A stretch of 64,000 nt of DNA, from NCBI GenBank assembly GCA_965208125.1, contig OZ242320.1, positions 1,792,001 through 1,856,000 on the forward strand, written 5' to 3'. Positions within the stretch are counted from its first letter, which is position 1. Each line of letters begins with the position of its first letter. Position numbers and translations under genes: made by a program. This DNA comes from Candidatus Latescibacterota bacterium (GTDB taxonomy: Bacteria > Latescibacterota > UBA2968). The notes under the pieces are model-generated. The model worked only from the letters and a program-made list of their open reading frames with translations. It was not told where the DNA came from and ran no database searches. Positions 38,274 through 47,873 of the stretch are shown here, piece by piece.

Positions 38274-39176
38274 ATGAACGAACAAACGACAAATCCACGC
38301 ATCATCATTGATGCAAGCTATATTCGCGAGACGAGCAATGGTGAGCCGTTTCGTACTATATGTGAACAAGGTGGGCGCATCGTGATTACTGATACCCTAA
38401 TATGGGAACTTGTTACCGCTGATCCCCCACAATTGCGTCCATCAATGAAGAAACTGAAGGCGAGTGTGGATACTATCGAAATCTGGAAACATGTACATGT
38501 GATGTGGAGGGAAGAACTTAAAATGAGCTGCCCTTACGGCGATCCATTGTCTCCCGAAGTAACAGCACTCTGGCAAACATATATAGAAACAGAAGATGCT
38601 TCAATGCTTCGACCTCTTGAAGCACCAAGTGAGCAAGAAAAGCAAACAAGAGAAGATAAGTCTATAATTGAATTCTTTCAACAACTTGCATGTAATTTTT
38701 CACTATCTGAGAAGTACCGGAAAAAAATCGAAAATCAGCCAAGCAATAAAGAAGAAGTCGTGCATCATTGCTTTAACTTCGTCAATGATCCAGATAATAT
38801 CCGGTCAATAGGAATACGTACTATTATCAAAGTGGCGGTGGAGGAAGGTTTAGATGTCTTAGTAACCCCTGAGGACGTGGATGATACTTGGGTTTTATGG
38901 CATTTCGCTAAATCGCTTCTTGTCATATTCTGCGACAGCTTACGACGAGGTGAAAACGCGCTTAAGGAAATACCCCCCGGATTAGAAAAACGTCTAAAAA
39001 ACACAGGACAAGATTTAAACTATTTGACTGAATTGGCATTTGCAGATGCTCTTGCCTCTTTCGATAAGCGCGAGATGTCTTACTATCGAAAGTGGATGTT
39101 TGACGATGCAAAACCGCGACTGCGTTCACTTAAACGAGACAAAATCGTTCGTTTTATGGAGGAACTCAACGCCTGA
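38274..39176 (+). CDS. Hypothetical protein with PIN-like N-terminus
   Basis: AAGGAG RBS; IIIDASYI…LIWE…DLNY…SFD acidic pattern. Confidence 0.55.
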   Translation: MNEQTTNPRIIIDASYIRETSNGEPFRTICEQGGRIVITDTLIWELVTADPPQLRPSMKKLKASVDTIEIWKHVHVMWREELKMSCPYGDPLSPEVTALWQTYIETEDASMLRPLEAPSEQEKQTREDKSIIEFFQQLACNFSLSEKYRKKIENQPSNKEEVVHHCFNFVNDPDNIRSIGIRTIIKVAVEEGLDVLVTPEDVDDTWVLWHFAKSLLVIFCDSLRRGENALKEIPPGLEKRLKNTGQDLNYLTELAFADALASFDKREMSYYRKWMFDDAKPRLRSLKRDKIVRFMEELNA

Positions 39177-39210
39177 AGGTTATTAAGTCTCTAAAAATCT
39201 CGATTACAGA

Positions 39211-39247
39211 AAAAAGACCGTTGATCAGTTGTGATTGACGGTCTTTC
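39211..39247. terminator. Hairpin terminator between convergent genes
   Basis: AAAGACCGTTGATC…GATTGACGGTCTTT. Confidence 0.6.
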
Positions 39248-39287
39248 CTTGTCCGTGTAAGAAACCATAAATGTTCACGGGACTGAA

Positions 39288-40394
39288 TTAGTCGCTCCGT
39301 TGTATTCTTTCGAGAAACCCGATATGCACCTGCTTCACTTGATCCAAAAATTCGCTAAATTCGCTCACATTCATTTCCTTAAGATTCGCAGTATCAATTG
39401 ATCCGACGGTGCATTCATTACCCCTCCTCATTTGAACTTTTCCGGTACAAAGTCCTTCTTGTTGGCGGGCTTCTTTGAAGCGATTTCGGTATTCATGTAC
39501 CACATCATAGTTTTCCCCGGCGTTGTTAAGGGAAATCATCAGCCGCAGCGGTTTCCATGAATCAAGTCGCCAATATAGATGCTTTGAGAACCAGTACTGC
39601 GTCCACGCACTACCACCCACATTTTTCCCCCTACCCAAGCCGTTCCAAATCCACTCCCAGTCTGGCTCCCTGGACAATTTGTCGGAGATAAAGTGCTCCC
39701 ATTCGCCATCCACGTTTCTCAGCACCTTACGGAGCTTCCGCATGAACTCCCATTGCACATAGTCTTGGTCAAGGTCCCATATCTCTTGGGCCTCGGCTCT
39801 CTTTTGTATCTTGTCGTTCAGATATTCTGTATACTGGCGCAGAATCTCGTTTTCCCGAATTGCATCCTGATGACAGTCGAGGAAATTTCTCAGATCTTTC
39901 GCTGCAAACAAGAAATATTTGTTCTTCTTAACGGCCCATCTTTCATCATTGAACACATACCCAGTCTTGAAATAGACAGGCTTAATTAGATCTTCTTTCT
40001 CTGCATCCTGACTGATAGAATCCAGATATCGTGCCAGTTGGTTACTGTGATCCCGCGTGTTTATTTTGTCTTCAATGAGGAAAGAGACCTTCTTCCCATC
40101 TACTCTGGCCTGGAAGTACACATCGATCTGATTGTACTGAGTGTAGGGCTTTCCCACATCGCTCACTTCGCAAGGCCCATTGTAGGGAGGAGCTATTCGC
40201 TTGCCGTCGGGGTCCAACACTGGAATGTCCCTGGTCCCATTCAATGCGCCTGCTCGAAAGAGCACGCGAACGAATGCCAACCCACACTTCTGGAGATTGC
40301 CAGTGGCCTCGGTGGCACAAGCAACAAGCCAGCAGATAAATGCGTCCTGCGAGAGTTCGCTTGTAGCGTAAGAGAAGATATTAGGAGTACTCAT
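39288..40394 (-). CDS. PD-(D/E)XK nuclease family protein
   Basis: NIFSYATSELSQDAFICWL; ID…IEDKI…HSNQLARY. Confidence 0.8.
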   Translation of the reverse strand: MSTPNIFSYATSELSQDAFICWLVACATEATGNLQKCGLAFVRVLFRAGALNGTRDIPVLDPDGKRIAPPYNGPCEVSDVGKPYTQYNQIDVYFQARVDGKKVSFLIEDKINTRDHSNQLARYLDSISQDAEKEDLIKPVYFKTGYVFNDERWAVKKNKYFLFAAKDLRNFLDCHQDAIRENEILRQYTEYLNDKIQKRAEAQEIWDLDQDYVQWEFMRKLRKVLRNVDGEWEHFISDKLSREPDWEWIWNGLGRGKNVGGSAWTQYWFSKHLYWRLDSWKPLRLMISLNNAGENYDVVHEYRNRFKEARQQEGLCTGKVQMRRGNECTVGSIDTANLKEMNVSEFSEFLDQVKQVHIGFLERIQRSD

Positions 40395-40579
40395 GAAACC
40401 CTCCCTATTGTCGATGTCTTTCTGCGGATGATTGTCTTGGCAAAGGGCGACCGCCATCGCTCTTTACTGCCCAACGCTTATAAGCCTGAAAAACGGCAAA
40501 GTTCAGTATGAAAAATATCTATACCTTTTATAAATCAATACTTCGGACAGTTTTAGGTGTAGAGATTCTTTGAAATCAA

Positions 40580-41434
40580 TTATCTCCAATTCGTTTCGAA
40601 TATTTTGCATCCACCATTTCCAAGGCCCTCTATCGTTCCCACTTCTCTGAAAGATGCAGGTAGATCGCGTTTGTCCCCCTGGTCAGCCCCCCAGAACTTT
40701 GGACGCATAGCAGGCGACGCTCTTTGTATTGCACGGGGAAGCATTCCTTGTTTGAAGTCGTGCGTAGAGTCCCAAGACATAGAGAAGCCTCCGACTCTTA
40801 CAGCAAAAAAAATCTCAATTGGTATCTTATATTTCTGAAATATTTGCTCAAATATTAGTAGGTTTTCCGCTGCTACAAAAACTACGGGAAAAGACACTTG
40901 TTCTGAGTTGAAGCTAAGACGAAATAAAAAATAAACCAGATGCCAATCGTTATCAGGGACTGAATGAATTGATGACGACCAAGTTTCGTATGTTTTTTGG
41001 AAATTATTACGCTCATTATCTCCCCACAATTTCCATGGTATCATTTGATCGATAAATGCTTCACCATTTCCTACGAAATGCCGATAATCTCCATCCAAAT
41101 TACAATAAAATGGTGATCCTTCAACAAAATCGGCTGAACCTCTCCATACTCGTACGGGGCGATGATCAAGTTTTTGATACACATTTTTTAAACTATTAAG
41201 GTGATTGGGGTCATAATCGGACATAACCAAAATCGTATTCTGCAATTGTCTGGAAAGAAAATTCGGTACCTTACCAAGTGCTTTAGCAGCTATCATTGGA
41301 TATATATCCAGTCCAGATGAGGCATCCCAGACGATTTGATAGCGAGTGTTGATAGCTTCTGTCTTTATTTCATTCCATCTATCGCGGTCAGCACAGTTTA
41401 CAACGGTGATCTTCTCGAATAAATTTTTAATCAT
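40580..41434 (-). CDS. Hypothetical protein
   Basis: AAGGAG RBS; 284-aa AT-rich ORF. Confidence 0.65.
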   Translation of the reverse strand: MIKNLFEKITVVNCADRDRWNEIKTEAINTRYQIVWDASSGLDIYPMIAAKALGKVPNFLSRQLQNTILVMSDYDPNHLNSLKNVYQKLDHRPVRVWRGSADFVEGSPFYCNLDGDYRHFVGNGEAFIDQMIPWKLWGDNERNNFQKTYETWSSSIHSVPDNDWHLVYFLFRLSFNSEQVSFPVVFVAAENLLIFEQIFQKYKIPIEIFFAVRVGGFSMSWDSTHDFKQGMLPRAIQRASPAMRPKFWGADQGDKRDLPASFREVGTIEGLGNGGCKIFETNWR

Positions 41435-41936
41435 TATATTCTCCTTTTTAGGTCGGGGTTATCCCCTGCCTAATGGTCAAGGGATGTTCTTGAGTTCCTC
41501 CGCGAGTTCCACAAGAGTATTCGGTACATTTTCATCTCCTCCAAGCACTTCTTCCCCTAGGTCGAAATTAGGATTTTTGAATAATTGAAGACCGATCAAA
41601 AAATGTCCGAACCATTAATAAATAAAATAGGCTACACCTATATCAATCAAGAACGTGATCTTTTCAACATTCGCATTATATAGTATGCCCCAACCCTCGC
41701 CAGCAGAACCCTGATCGCTTCCCTATACCCTCCCTAATAAAAACACCTGAATCCTGTCCTCGAAAGAAGCCCCCAACCCCACAAAACCTCTGTCGCTTCT
41801 CGATCATCTTACCGGTGGAAATTCCCAAATCCTTTTCTTATATGAAGCCCCCAACCCTTGCCAGCAAAACAAGAAGCACCAGCTACCCCACCCCATGCCG
41901 ATCTTACCCGTTGAGGGCAATCTTCGGCGAGAATTT

Positions 41937-42106
41937 ACGGTCACTGTCAAGAGGGGCAAGAACGTTCAAAACACAACAAAGTCCGGCGTCTTCGTGCTCC
42001 AAGCGGGGGCGCCATTTTTTTCGGTTCCCTTACGCCCCACCACCCCCCAACCCCAGGCTACGCCCAAAAAAAACGCCGCGGTGCTGCCACTCTTGACAGT
42101 GACCGT
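41937..42106. repeat. Long inverted repeat (21/22-bp arms) containing TTGACA
   Basis: ACGGTCACTGTCAAGAGGGGCA…TGCCACTCTTGACAGTGACCGT; inner T7/A8 arms also pair. Confidence 0.8.
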
Positions 42107-42262
42107 GTGTAAAAAGTGTATTTAAAATCTGTCTGGAAAAGGCAGAACACCATAAAGGCAGATGGCTAATCCGTCAGTCGCCCTTCTTTGCTTTCCAATC
42201 GGGAAGTGAGGAAGGGCGTTTTCGTTGCTGGCGGATGGCTGTCATTTCACAGGAGGTTGGTT

Positions 42263-42505
42263 ATGCAGTCTGTCCGTTGTCTTACCGTTGGTCGTCGTTC
42301 TCGCCGGTGCTATATCGATCTTTCGACCCGTGATATGTACGGCAAGGTCGTTTATGACAAGATGAAGTCTGTTGATAATTCTTGTCCATTGCTCAGACTC
42401 TCTGGGCATTGGCTGGCTGAGGCTGGCTTTGAGATGGGCGATAAGGTGAAGGTTGAGGTCTCAAAAGGTCAGTTGGTTATCAAATTGAAAGGAGGATCGG
42501 CATGA
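42263..42505 (+). CDS. SymE-family type I toxin-like protein
   Basis: AGGAGGT RBS; PLLRLSGHWLAEAGFEMGDKVKVEVSKGQLVI. Confidence 0.8.
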   Translation: MQSVRCLTVGRRSRRCYIDLSTRDMYGKVVYDKMKSVDNSCPLLRLSGHWLAEAGFEMGDKVKVEVSKGQLVIKLKGGSA

Positions 42506-42606
42506 TGTTGTTCTATTCAGGTGTTCATTGGGATTCTGGTGTTGAAAAAGTTAGTCAGCAAGCTGTACGCAATGGATCTATTACCCCGAATAAGGAGGTT
42601 GAAGAT

Positions 42607-42762
42607 ATGGCTGCTAAAAAGCGTGATAATGGCAAGTCCCCATTGTTTGTTGTGGGTGATAAAGAAGCGAAGTTTAGTATTGCCCATGCGATGGCAAAGG
42701 GCTATCGCATAACCCTGGATGGTGATGGGAATTTAGTATCTCAATTTAAGACCCAAAAATGA
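42607..42762 (+). CDS. Small hypothetical protein, possibly truncated
   Basis: TAAGGAGGT RBS; 3' end overlaps a convergent gene. Confidence 0.45.
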   Translation: MAAKKRDNGKSPLFVVGDKEAKFSIAHAMAKGYRITLDGDGNLVSQFKTQK

Positions 42763-43419
42763 TCTTATTTTTTTAATAGATGACCGTAGCAATCTTTTTA
42801 ACTGGCCTTTGGAAGTTCGTCTTCTATTTCGCTCTTCCTCTGTTAGATAGCCAGGTCCCGGTTCATCGAACATAGTGGTACGACCGTATTCCCTTGTAAT
42901 CCAATGATTCATTGTGTACTTGTTGCCCAGGGAATCATAACATTGGGGACGAAATCTTGCTGGTTGATCGTTCTCCTCAACTCGTAGCATTTCTACAACT
43001 TCTGTTTCATTATACAGTATTTGCATACTGTCACCGTACCCGAATCGTCGTGGCAAGGTAGAGTCTGGTAATTCACCATCCTCGGATTCGGTTATGGGTG
43101 AAATGATAACAATGGGTGCATTTAACCAATTACTGTCTTCTGGGATTCCTAATTCGAGATCGAAAGAAGTAATTGTAACTTCAAAAAAGCTTTCATTTCT
43201 GATAGAAAAGCCGACGTAGCGAGTGCCATTGTTGAACTTAGTATATGGCGTTATTATTATTTTTGGTTCTGTATTTCGTTCTTCCGCCTCTTTTAATAAT
43301 TGGGCTTGCTTTTTTGTATTTCGTGCTTGAGAATAGGCAGAACACGCAATGATAATTGTCAGGATTATCATTATGAATTCGTCTAATTCTACGGTATCAA
43401 AGAGTTCTAAAAGTTCCAT
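42733..43419 (-). CDS. Hypothetical protein with N-terminal TM helix
   Basis: AAGGA RBS; FIMIILTIIIAC segment. Confidence 0.6.
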   Translation of the reverse strand: MELLELFDTVELDEFIMIILTIIIACSAYSQARNTKKQAQLLKEAEERNTEPKIIITPYTKFNNGTRYVGFSIRNESFFEVTITSFDLELGIPEDSNWLNAPIVIISPITESEDGELPDSTLPRRFGYGDSMQILYNETEVVEMLRVEENDQPARFRPQCYDSLGNKYTMNHWITREYGRTTMFDEPGPGYLTEEERNRRRTSKGQLKRLLRSSIKKIRSFLGLKLRY

Positions 43420-43500
43420 ATTGTTATCCTTAGAAATGGCTCAATGAGGCTTGCCTATAAGGGCAACCTGAGACCGACATGTGCTTTCTCTTTCCGGTAC

Positions 43501-43782
43501 TCATACCACTGCCTCCATATAGGGCCGCATCACATTGGTCATCCGACAGACTTGTGCGAAATGATAGAGGTTATCCAGAGAGGCTTTCCGTTCTCGAATG
43601 CAGTCTCGCAGGCTCTCAATAGCCACATCCAGACCGATCTTGTTCCGGTATTTAAAGCAGTCCGCCACGGTCTTGGCCGGATTGTATATCCGCACCTGGA
43701 TATGTTCAATGGTATGTGTTTCAATGCCCTCATCAAAGGCAGGCCCTGAAAAACGAGCAAACCGAATCTGCAGCCCATCCAC
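43501..43782 (-). pseudogene. C-terminal fragment of AbiEi-like (type IV TA) antitoxin
   Basis: RIYNPAKTVADCFKYRNKIGLDVAIESL; N-terminal HTH half and AbiEii partner absent. Confidence 0.7.
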
Positions 43783-44070
43783 AGCCTTCCTGATGTTACA
43801 AATTGTCGATATTTATATATATACGTTTTCAGGCAAAAGTGCCATACTTTAAAACAAATAACTGTCGCGGAAAGTACTGTGACCTACAAGTCTTTTCTGA
43901 TGGGTAGTCCATTGACAAAACACCCTGAATTGGATATGATATTTTCATCACCACACGAATAAAATATCTTGAAAATTTTTGTGACTATTAAAAGCCCTGG
44001 CGGACAAATTTTCTTCAAGGGAGTTTGATGGCAACCGTCGGAGCTTTTTTTATAAAAAGAGGACTGTGTT

Positions 44071-45150
44071 TTGCTCGGGAAATTTACCAAACTTAATCTA
44101 TTCATATGCAGGTGGCGGAGGTCAAAAAATTCGCTGCTCAACGACAAAGTGCTTATCGAAGAAGCTCTCGGGGATTCGAATAGGCAGACATTTTGGTGTC
44201 GATCAAATCGCTTATTGATCTACCAGCTATCGGAGGCTGACGTAAAGCTCCTAAACGAAGTAATTGAGCAGACGACGCCTAAGTTAAAACCTTCCCAAAT
44301 CTATGCCATACCAGCTTCAAAGATCACCGAATGGTTCTGCGTGTTCGACATTGAACAAGCGAAATGTCACATAATCTACGTCCATTACGTGGACTATCGA
44401 TCCAGACAGACAAACATTAGAGAGGTGGTAAGATTCTCAAAGGAGTGTCATTCGCCGTGTCGAGCGGAAAAGCTTAGGCTTACTACGCCCTCGTACTATT
44501 GGGATCAAGAGAACCTACGGTCAGGAATCGCGGATCCCGATGAAAACACGCTGAGAAAGGATACCACACCTTTGATACGCGATCTTGCTCGTATTCCATA
44601 TGGCAGCAGCTTTAAATCAAAAGCTGTATTCTCGTCCTCCACCGAACCCTGGTTGTACTGCACATCCCATTTCCCTCTTCTTAGTATGTATAGGAAGCTC
44701 AAAATCAGGGTCTCAGATGAATATGATTACGATGCCGCGACGAAGATTGAAGATGTTAATGCTTTCGCGATGTGGTTGGGGATTGACTATGCGTTGCAGA
44801 TCGACAAAGGCAAATACCAGAATCTGGACGGTCTCAATCCGTGGGCTTCCTTGGCAATTAACGTCTCTCCGGACTTGAAACAACTGGGAGACTTAGAAAA
44901 AAACATCGACACAGTCGTACATGTTTATCACGGCCCCGTTCACTACGAGGATGAAGCGGGCATTATTGCCACAAATGACGATTTGGTGGATATCTACGTT
45001 CCCGAGAGAGCTTGTTTTACAAAGCGGACGGAATTCGAGGATCAAAGCGAATACCGCTTCGCGATATCGACGCCCGAAACTCCGGAAGACAAGTTTCTTT
45101 GGTTGGATGTATCTGAGGAACTTCAGCAACTCACGTCCCCAATGTGGTAG
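44071..45150 (+). CDS. Hypothetical protein; start uncertain
   Basis: Long ORF; WLYCTS and CFTKRTEFEDQSEYRF motifs. Confidence 0.55.
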   Translation: MLGKFTKLNLFICRWRRSKNSLLNDKVLIEEALGDSNRQTFWCRSNRLLIYQLSEADVKLLNEVIEQTTPKLKPSQIYAIPASKITEWFCVFDIEQAKCHIIYVHYVDYRSRQTNIREVVRFSKECHSPCRAEKLRLTTPSYYWDQENLRSGIADPDENTLRKDTTPLIRDLARIPYGSSFKSKAVFSSSTEPWLYCTSHFPLLSMYRKLKIRVSDEYDYDAATKIEDVNAFAMWLGIDYALQIDKGKYQNLDGLNPWASLAINVSPDLKQLGDLEKNIDTVVHVYHGPVHYEDEAGIIATNDDLVDIYVPERACFTKRTEFEDQSEYRFAISTPETPEDKFLWLDVSEELQQLTSPMW

Positions 45151-45430
45151 GAACCTGCGTGGAAAACCTACGAGATGATAAAAAATAAGGGCTTCTTAAA
45201 GAGATTGATTAGATTTGCCTTTCCCCGATGTTTTCTGTATCCCTGCTCCACCGCCTATCCCTATCTGCCTTGCCTGGCGATGCAATTGACTTTTTTCTTT
45301 TCCTGCGGTACTTTCCTGAGTGAACTGGCTGGGCAATGCATCCACGATGCCGGGCACATCGGGCTGATTGCATTCGCGCCGTTATTGAAATATTATTCAT
45401 CGTGCATCGTTAAATTGGAGTCTATGCGAT

Positions 45431-45676
45431 ATGGAAAATGGAAATTATCGAGGCAGGATTGCGGTTGATCCCCAAATTCATTTTGGTAAGCCTTGTGTTG
45501 CTGGAACACGGATCCCCATGGTCGATGTTCTCGAATTGGTGCGTGAGGGAATCTCGTTTAAGACGATCCTCTCTGATTATTTTCCCGACCTCCAAGAAGA
45601 CGACATTCGCGCGTGCATCCATTATGCGATAGACGTAGTGCAGATCGAAGATATTCATATTTCAGAGGTGAGATAG
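45431..45676 (+). CDS. DUF433 family protein
   Basis: RIAVDPQIHFGKPCVAGTRIP…FPDLQEDDIRACI. Confidence 0.9.
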   Translation: MENGNYRGRIAVDPQIHFGKPCVAGTRIPMVDVLELVREGISFKTILSDYFPDLQEDDIRACIHYAIDVVQIEDIHISEVR

Positions 45677-45719
45677 GTAATAGATGTCACTCGCCAGCCA
45701 TTTATCATTATGTTAACGC

Positions 45720-46001
45720 ATGATCAAGAGTTTTGCAGACAAGCGCACCGCAGCTATCTTTGCGGGCCATACTGTTCGCGGCCTGCCTCTGCAACTCCAG
45801 CAACGAGCGCGGGCGAAGCTTCTGGCAATTGATGCTGCTAATCGGCTCAACGACCTGCTTACTCCACCTGGCAATCGTCTCGAGGCTTTGCGAGCTGATC
45901 GTAGAGGGCAATACAGTATTCGCATCAATAACCGATGGCGTATCTGCTTCGTTTGGCGCGATGGTGAATCGTGGGAAGTCGAGATCGTTGATTATCATTG
46001 A
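45720..46001 (+). CDS. higB: HigB-type (RelE/ParE) toxin
   Basis: MIKSFAD…PPGNRLEAL…GQYSIRIN.RWRICF…VEIVDYH. Confidence 0.92.
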   Translation: MIKSFADKRTAAIFAGHTVRGLPLQLQQRARAKLLAIDAANRLNDLLTPPGNRLEALRADRRGQYSIRINNRWRICFVWRDGESWEVEIVDYH

Positions 46002-46012
46002 GGAGATAAAAG

Positions 46013-46372
46013 ATGACCATTAAACGCGAAGAACTGGACCGGCGAAAGGTTGACTTCTCAGAAGTCACAACCGGACAGCTACTGTCTCCGGTACATCCTG
46101 GCGAGATCCTGCGCGATGAGTTCCTTATTCCGATGAATCTCAGTGTGGCTCGCCTTGCTCAAGGGATCAAGGTTTCGGAAAAGGACTTAGACGCTATCGT
46201 GCGTGGAATTAATGGAATTACAATCGATACCGCGCTACGCCTTGGTCACTACTTTGGCATGACGCCTGAGTTCTGGATCAATCTTCAGACCCGCTACGAT
46301 CTCGATGTCGCCGAGCACACGGTACGTCGCCAAATTGAGCGGGAGATAGAACCGCTGATTGCATCTCCGTAG
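46013..46372 (+). CDS. higA: HigA antitoxin
   Basis: PVHPGEIL.DEFL…TALRL..YFG…FWINLQ. Confidence 0.92.
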   Translation: MTIKREELDRRKVDFSEVTTGQLLSPVHPGEILRDEFLIPMNLSVARLAQGIKVSEKDLDAIVRGINGITIDTALRLGHYFGMTPEFWINLQTRYDLDVAEHTVRRQIEREIEPLIASP

Positions 46373-46733
46373 CAGGACAGGCTGGCACAACATAATGTGC
46401 AAAGTTGATCCGCACAGGCACCGTAATGATTCTATACGGCATCAAGGGGGTCTCTGTATTGCTGAACTTGAAAGCTGGTCTGTAGTTGCTCCCCTTTCAT
46501 CTGCGTAAAACACTCAAATGAACTGGCTATTGCCAGTTGTACCCCACTCATTCGCGTTTTTTCTGTGGTTGCTTTCCCCTAAAGTTAAAAGCAACCTCCC
46601 CCATCCGATTGACGACGTGCTAAACAGATTACGGGTCGTATGCTGCGCGTCAAATGTTGACAGACATCCAAAAGGGGCTATATTTCCCATGTGCTGGGAA
46701 GTTGTGGAATAAGCAAGTATCGGAGAATCGAAA

Positions 46734-47177
46734 ATGAATACGCAAAATATAGAAACCATTGAAGGTACCGAACCATGTCTAATTGATGAGAAACAGGCGA
46801 AAGAATTGATCGAGGCAAATACCCAAGAGATGGAAGACCTGGAAGGCCTGCTAACTTCCTCTCAACTTGTCGCCCTCGCTGGCCTCAATCACCACCAGGT
46901 TGTTCACGACTGGCTGAAGAAAGGGCATATAGTCGGATGGAAAAATGCCAGGCACGATTATGTCTTTCCTGCTGGACAATTCGACAAACACGGACAGCCT
47001 ATCAAAAGGCTTGATCGTATTACCCAGCTATTCGATGACGCCTATGAAATGTGGTATTGGCTTACAGCACCAAACGACGCGCTTGATGGAGCGGAACCAC
47101 TTGCCCTTCTTCACAAGGGAGAAGTCGCTCGTGTTAAGGCTGCCGCCAAAGGATACCTCCAGGGTGACTTTGGGTGA
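46734..47177 (+). CDS. Xre/MbcA/ParS-type antitoxin
   Basis: FPAGQF and WYWLTAPNDALDGAEPL; stop overlaps RES-like start. Confidence 0.7.
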   Translation: MNTQNIETIEGTEPCLIDEKQAKELIEANTQEMEDLEGLLTSSQLVALAGLNHHQVVHDWLKKGHIVGWKNARHDYVFPAGQFDKHGQPIKRLDRITQLFDDAYEMWYWLTAPNDALDGAEPLALLHKGEVARVKAAAKGYLQGDFG

Positions 47178-47480
47178 TGGCCAGCTATGTCGATCTTATA
47201 GGGCGTATTGAAGCACAGATTCGCACGTTCCGGATTGCGTTGATGTTCCGTATCATTAACCAACGCCACGCCGCCACACCGCTTAATGCTATTCCTGCGC
47301 CGAGCAGATTCAGCGATCCGGCCGGGAATTATGCCGTGCTGTACGGTGCCGCATTGGTGCTGCGCCATTTTTGATCGGGCGTTCGATAAATTGGATACGC
47401 TGGCAGTCAGTCCATTGACTCAACACGCCGATCTTTGGAACGCTCTGAACGACTATGACATCACATTGGCAAGACCATAA
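47174..47480 (+). pseudogene. RES-domain toxin with internal deletion
   Basis: FRII…PSRFSDP…YAVLYGA, then jumps frame to a C-terminal-like AIFDRA…; core missing. Confidence 0.6.
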
Positions 47481-47873
47481 ACCTGGCGTATCATGATGGA
47501 GCCAGATATTTTCAAACAATACAAAAGCCCGTTGATCATTATTGATCGACGGGCTTTCTTTTCTCTTTTCATTGACGCCAGCGCACCACAGGCATATAAG
47601 ATATTTTGGGATGCATTGGCTGAATAAATACAATAACGCGCGGTACCTACGTCAATTTCTCTTGGAACTGGCGATAAATTATGATGTCGCCATTATTGTC
47701 ACCCAAAAGCGAAAGTGAATCAGCCATGCTGGGACAAGTGTTGACAGATATCCGAAGAACGCTTTTTATAAAAACTTCTGAGAATATTCACTTGAAACCC
47801 GTGAGAATTAAAACCGGTTTCGGGTGGAAGGGATTTAACGAAATATTAAACGCCAATGGTAAGGAAAAAACTA

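Noticed and set aside
45285-45385. Possible riboswitch after TTGACT-17-TACTTT upstream of DUF433
   Set aside because: Some pairing, but no riboswitch consensus recognised; an Rfam scan would be needed.
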